From: an uncultured cyanobacterium
GTDB lineage: Bacteria > Cyanobacteriota > Cyanobacteriia > Pseudanabaenales > Pseudanabaenaceae
DNA length: 33,628 nucleotides
NCBI GenBank assembly: GCA_903819605.1
Contig: CAIJEA010000428.1
Coordinates: forward strand, 1 to 33,628
Reading direction: 5' to 3'
Shown here: piece after piece, positions 30,000 through 33,628 of the stretch
Layout of the letters: each line of letters starts with the position of its first letter
Numbering within the stretch: position 1 is the first letter of the stretch
The notes under the pieces: model-generated
What the model was told of the DNA's origin: nothing
What the model saw: the letters and a program-made list of their open reading frames with translations, nothing else
Databases searched by the model: none
Translations under genes and position numbers: made by a program

Positions 30000-30036
30000 C
30001 TACTAAATTCTCACTTACCTATCCTAGGGTTACATC

Positions 30037-30540
30037 ATGGCTGCTGCGCCTACTGATTCAACGGCAATAGAACTCTTAGTAAGTTCTAGGTTTTATATTG
30101 AAATCACCTTAAATGGCAGTTTGGAGGAGATTGATGGATATTTCATGGAATGTAGTGGATTGTCTCGCAGTCAAGAAGCAATTGAGATTGTCGAAGTAAC
30201 TCCTCAATTTTGGGGCAAAACTGGTGCGACAAAAGGTCGTGTTGTCAGAACTAAGCTTCCTGGCAATGTTAAGAGCGACAATATCACTCTTAAGCAGGGA
30301 TTGTCTATCTCTAAGACTATGTGGAATTGGTTTACGGCAGTAGAAAATGGTGATTGGTCTCAACAAATGCGAGACGGTGATATTACCGTTTACGATCAAG
30401 GTGCAATAGAGAGAGCAAGATTTAGATTTAATGGCGCTTGGCCAGTACGTTACAAGATATCTGATTTTAAAGCTGATGGTAGCGAATTTGTGATTTCTGA
30501 GCTAGAGTTAAGCGTTAATGACTTTTTACGGATAAGTTAA
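30037..30540 (+). CDS. Tail tube protein (gp19/Afp5-like), third paralog
   Basis: RFYIEI, FMECSGL, KLPGNVKSDNITLKQG, MWNWF, RDGDITVYDQ, FNGAWPVRY. Confidence 0.9.
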   Translation: MAAAPTDSTAIELLVSSRFYIEITLNGSLEEIDGYFMECSGLSRSQEAIEIVEVTPQFWGKTGATKGRVVRTKLPGNVKSDNITLKQGLSISKTMWNWFTAVENGDWSQQMRDGDITVYDQGAIERARFRFNGAWPVRYKISDFKADGSEFVISELELSVNDFLRIS

Positions 30541-30546
30541 ATATTA

Positions 30547-30888
30547 ATGATTCAAACAGAGTTTGAATTTACACTACCCAAAGGCTATGTTGATAGTGAT
30601 GGTAATCTGCATCGTAAGGGTGTTATGAGATTATCAAGAGCGATCGATGAGATTACGCCTATGCGCGATCCTCGCGTCAAAAGTAATCCTGCCTATGCAA
30701 CAGTAATTATTTTGGCAAGAGTAATCACTAAATTAGGGGGACTAGAAGAGGTTAGCTCTATGGTGATTGAAAATTTGTTTGCCAGCGATCTTAGTTATTT
30801 ACAGAAATTTTATCGCCAGATCAATGATCTAGAAGATACAGAATGGATCAATCCTGCTGAAGAATTAGAAAGCTCCACTGATTCTTAG
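30547..30888 (+). CDS. Tail assembly chaperone-like protein of eCIS loci
   Basis: TEFEFTLPKGYVDSDGNLHRKGVMRL..AIDEI.P..DPRV..NPAY...LARVITKLG...ENLFASDLSYLQKFYRQIN, a family seen after tube genes in eCIS loci. Confidence 0.82.
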   Translation: MIQTEFEFTLPKGYVDSDGNLHRKGVMRLSRAIDEITPMRDPRVKSNPAYATVIILARVITKLGGLEEVSSMVIENLFASDLSYLQKFYRQINDLEDTEWINPAEELESSTDS

Positions 30889-30890
30889 AT

Positions 30891-31029
30891 CTGATGTTAC
30901 GTAGAACGCTGAAATTGGGGCTTGGAGACCAAGCCCCTACCTTTACAAATATGTAGGGATTTGGTCTCCAAATCCTCTCTTAAGATGACATGGAATCATT
31001 ATGACGATCTTTGTTCTACGTAACATCAG
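30891..31029. mobile_element. 139-bp MITE with 17-bp perfect TIRs and 6-bp target-site duplication, carrying an inverted GTAG-type REP pair
   Basis: CTGATGTTACGTAGAAC (30891-30907) / GTTCTACGTAACATCAG (31013-31029). TTAGAT flanks both sides (30885-30890, 31030-31035). Internal palindromes at 30917-30940 and 30953-30975. Confidence 0.85.
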
Positions 31030-31293
31030 TTAGATGTCAAATTTATTTAAAACTATATTCCTTTATTTTTCAGTCTTTATAGCCGATTCATTTTTTCTAT
31101 AGCTACCTGCCTACTTTTACACTGGGAAAGGATTAGGAGATATGCTTAATCAAAATCTCTAATAGCGGCACTTCACGTCGCCTTTCTACCTTGAAATGTG
31201 AAGACAATTCAGTGAATTGCAGTAATTAACTATCAAACTTTTCTTGTGGTTCGTTTGAGCACAAGGCTATGTAAGAACAAAACCCATTAGTTT

Positions 31294-31980
31294 TTAGATT
31301 CCCCAAATAGCGCTGCCATTTGGGGAGTTGGGACTCAATAAAGTCAAATGCTTGTGAATGTCCATAGGACTATTGGCAAGCAAATCTGTACCATGAGCTT
31401 TTAGTTCTTCCTTAGTGCCATAGCCATAGGTAACACCGATCGCTAAGATTTGATTTTTCTTAGCACCAATAATGTCATGGGAGCGATCGCCTACCATCAC
31501 AGTTTTTGCAGAATCCAGATTTTCACTAATTAGAATATAGCGAAGGAGATCTCCCTTATCACAGCGTGTACCATCTAGTTCGCTGCCATAGATGCCATCA
31601 AATAGAGAAATCAAACCAAAATGTTCAATAATACGCCTTGCAAAAACATAAGGTTTCGATGTAGCCACATAGGTTTGATAGCCTTCTGAGCGGATAGCTT
31701 TCAAAATTTCAGGGATTTGTGGATAGAGTAAGTTTTCAAATAAACCAACCGTAGCAAAGCGATCGCGATAAAAAATAATTGCTTTTTCTATCAAAGATGT
31801 ATCAGTAGTTTGCATAAGCTTAGCAAAACTCACTGTAAGTGGTGGTCCAATGCACCAGAGTAATTCTTCTGTTTCTGGAGGCTGATAGCCGAGTCGCTCT
31901 AGAGCATACTGAATACAGGTAGTAATCCCAACTTTTGGATCGGTTAAAGTTCCGTCTAAATCGAATAGGACTGTATTCAT
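31294..31980 (-). CDS. HAD-superfamily hydrolase (phosphoglycolate phosphatase/5'-nucleotidase-like)
   Basis: Motif I FDLDGTLTD, IGPPL, motif II VATSK, conserved K, motif IV MVGDRSHDIIGA, GVTYGYG. Confidence 0.92.
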   Translation of the reverse strand: MNTVLFDLDGTLTDPKVGITTCIQYALERLGYQPPETEELLWCIGPPLTVSFAKLMQTTDTSLIEKAIIFYRDRFATVGLFENLLYPQIPEILKAIRSEGYQTYVATSKPYVFARRIIEHFGLISLFDGIYGSELDGTRCDKGDLLRYILISENLDSAKTVMVGDRSHDIIGAKKNQILAIGVTYGYGTKEELKAHGTDLLANSPMDIHKHLTLLSPNSPNGSAIWGI

Positions 31981-32074
31981 AGATTGTGGGGTAGAGATTT
32001 TCGCTCTAACTATATCGCAGTTTTCAACTTACGGGAGAGTTATGGGGCAACATTTGCCATATATAGCAATAGCT

Positions 32075-32253
32075 AGAGAGTGGCAACGCTTCGCGCCGCC
32101 ACTCTCTTCTGGGTTTTATGTCTTAACCTATTTGCTGATATCAAAGTCATAACGGTATAAGACTCAAGATATAGTGTTAAAGCATACTAACCTATCTCGA
32201 AGGATATCTCGATCTTTCACAAAATCAATAAAGGCGGCGCGAAGCGCCATCTT
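32075..32253. repeat. Two GGCGCGAAGCGCC-family palindromic repeats
   Basis: AGAGAGTGGCAACGCTTCGCGCCGCCACTCTCT (32075-32107) and AAGGCGGCGCGAAGCGCCATCTT (32231-32253), in opposite orientation. Confidence 0.65.
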
Positions 32254-32291
32254 CTATTACGTTTTATCAAAATCCCAAAGTTATTAAGAGA

Positions 32292-33227
32292 ATGCCCAAA
32301 AAAGTTTTTATTACAGGTGCGAGTGGTTGTGTCGGTCATTATTTGATCGAAGAGCTTTTAGCAAAAACTGATTACGATCTGTATTTACTCGTGCGCGATC
32401 GCAAAAAACTACAAATTAACCTCAGAGATCGCTCTAATGTGCATGTTATCGAAGACTCGATGCAGAATATCGGCAACCATAAAGAGCTACTCCGCACGAT
32501 GGAATTTGTGGTCAGTACTGCCGCAGGCTGGGGTGGGGAAGAAGCCTTTATGGTTAACCGCGATAAAACCATTGAACTATTTTCCATGCTCGATCCAAAT
32601 GTCTGTGAACGCGCCATCTATTTCTCCACAGCAAGTATTCTCGATTCCCATAATCAAATCATTCCTGAAGCAGGAGAAATTGGCACGGCTTACATCGCTT
32701 CCAAACATGCTTGTTTGGAAACCCTAGAGAAGTCAATTATTCGCGATCGCCTAATTACTGTTTTCCCGACCCTCGTTTTTGGCGGTGCATCAGACAAACC
32801 TTATTCGCACCTATCCAAAGGGCTTAAAGATATTCTCAAATATGTACCCTATGCGAGATTTCTAAAAACTGATGGTAGTTTCCATTTTGTTCATGCGATC
32901 GACATTGCTCAAATCATTACCCATTTGCTTACCACGGAAACAGTTCCTCAATCTCCTGCTCGTCTAGTTTTAGGAATGCAGCGTCTAACGGCTCAAGATT
33001 TAGTCGCCCAATTCTGCGAACATTTAAACTTAAAAGTTGGTTGGCAGTTTGAACTAACTCCATTCCTAGTCGATGTAGTGATCAAATTATTCCGTATTGA
33101 AGTTGCTGCATGGGATCGCTATTGCATTGCCCAGCGCCATTTTACCTATAATGTCGTCTCTCCTGAAACCTTTGGTTTAGTTTCTAAATATCCCCGTTTA
33201 GCGAATTTACTTGCAGAAGTCAAATAG
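32292..33227 (+). CDS. NAD(P)-dependent epimerase/dehydratase (extended SDR)
   Basis: VFITGASGCVG Rossmann motif, YFSTAS, YIASK (YxxxK), PTLVFGG, FHFVHAIDIAQ. Confidence 0.9.
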   Translation: MPKKVFITGASGCVGHYLIEELLAKTDYDLYLLVRDRKKLQINLRDRSNVHVIEDSMQNIGNHKELLRTMEFVVSTAAGWGGEEAFMVNRDKTIELFSMLDPNVCERAIYFSTASILDSHNQIIPEAGEIGTAYIASKHACLETLEKSIIRDRLITVFPTLVFGGASDKPYSHLSKGLKDILKYVPYARFLKTDGSFHFVHAIDIAQIITHLLTTETVPQSPARLVLGMQRLTAQDLVAQFCEHLNLKVGWQFELTPFLVDVVIKLFRIEVAAWDRYCIAQRHFTYNVVSPETFGLVSKYPRLANLLAEVK

Positions 33228-33325
33228 ATTTTTCAGGAAGGGAATAGAGCCATTTAAGTAATTTTGAATTTCGTCGCGATCGCCAAACGTTAGCTTTGCA
33301 TTACACTTTGCGCTGAAATCAAGCT

Positions 33326-33372
33326 CAAGATATTTTGAGATTACGGCAAAGCAACAATCTCAAAATATCTTG
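33326..33372. repeat. 17-bp stem palindrome downstream of the epimerase
   Basis: CAAGATATTTTGAGATT-N13-AATCTCAAAATATCTTG. Confidence 0.6.
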
Positions 33373-33465
33373 GACTTAAATTGTTCGCTATTTGTTTTAG
33401 TAGATTGGACTTTGGAAAAATTTGAATTAAAAAATGGATGAATGCGCTATTAGGCACTAGTCATT

Positions 33466-33628
33466 ATAGGAAGTATCAAAACCAAGAGAATCGTAACGGG
33501 AATGAAGAGCATCTTCTAAACCCCACATTAAATTATCCTCAGAGTCGAACATTTGCCCAGAAAGATGGTCACGCTTTAAATGCAACCATTCCAATTCAAT
33601 GGGATTCATCTCAGAGCAGTAGGGTTGT
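33466..33628 (-). mobile_element. Second, inverted copy of the IS630 transposase 3' region, lacking the terminus of the left copy
   Basis: Reverse complement of 1-163 with one mismatch (position 142). Diverges after ...GATACTTCCTAT and stops at YND*. Confidence 0.85.

Noticed and set aside
26992-30888. Prophage or T6SS interpretation of the tail genes
   Set aside because: No head, terminase, integrase or lysis genes. The single-chain sheath and gp19-type tubes are not TssB/TssC/Hcp, and Pvc16 is present.
31095-31150. Possible decayed small eCIS gene (AYxFHW-type, DUF6760-like) after the MITE
   Set aside because: Requires several frameshifts to read AYF/HW, too weak without an alignment
1-33628. 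CRISPR array, tRNA or rRNA
   Set aside because: No regularly spaced direct repeats with unique spacers and no recognisable structural RNA. HIP1 octamers are a normal cyanobacterial genome feature.

Overview
Cyanobacterial chromosomal segment: HIP1 GCGATCGC is frequent, and GGCGCGAAGCGCC-type palindromes suggest a Pseudanabaena-like host. Both ends carry inverted copies of the 3' end of an IS630-family transposase. From left to right: (1) a membrane histidine kinase divergent from a rearranged kdp K+-ATPase operon (kdpB, long kdpF/G, an unannotated 27-aa membrane peptide, kdpA, kdpC); (2) a co-oriented cluster of a membrane stress-type protein, a membrane Ser/Thr kinase with an in-frame domain stranded behind its stop codon, a 67-aa protein and a 481-aa GT-A-fold protein of unknown function; (3) a 13-kb minus-strand signalling operon of a Ser/Thr kinase-ATPase-GAF-PAS-His kinase and two REC-His kinases; (4) an unannotated lmo0937-type 50-aa membrane protein; (5) a partial contractile injection system (eCIS/tCIS-like) with sheath, three tube proteins and a tail chaperone, divergent from a NarL/LuxR regulator coupled to a Pvc16/DUF4255 gene and ending at a REP-carrying MITE; (6) a HAD phosphatase and an NAD-dependent epimerase. 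No rRNA, tRNA or CRISPR array was seen. All family assignments come from motif recognition, not database searches.
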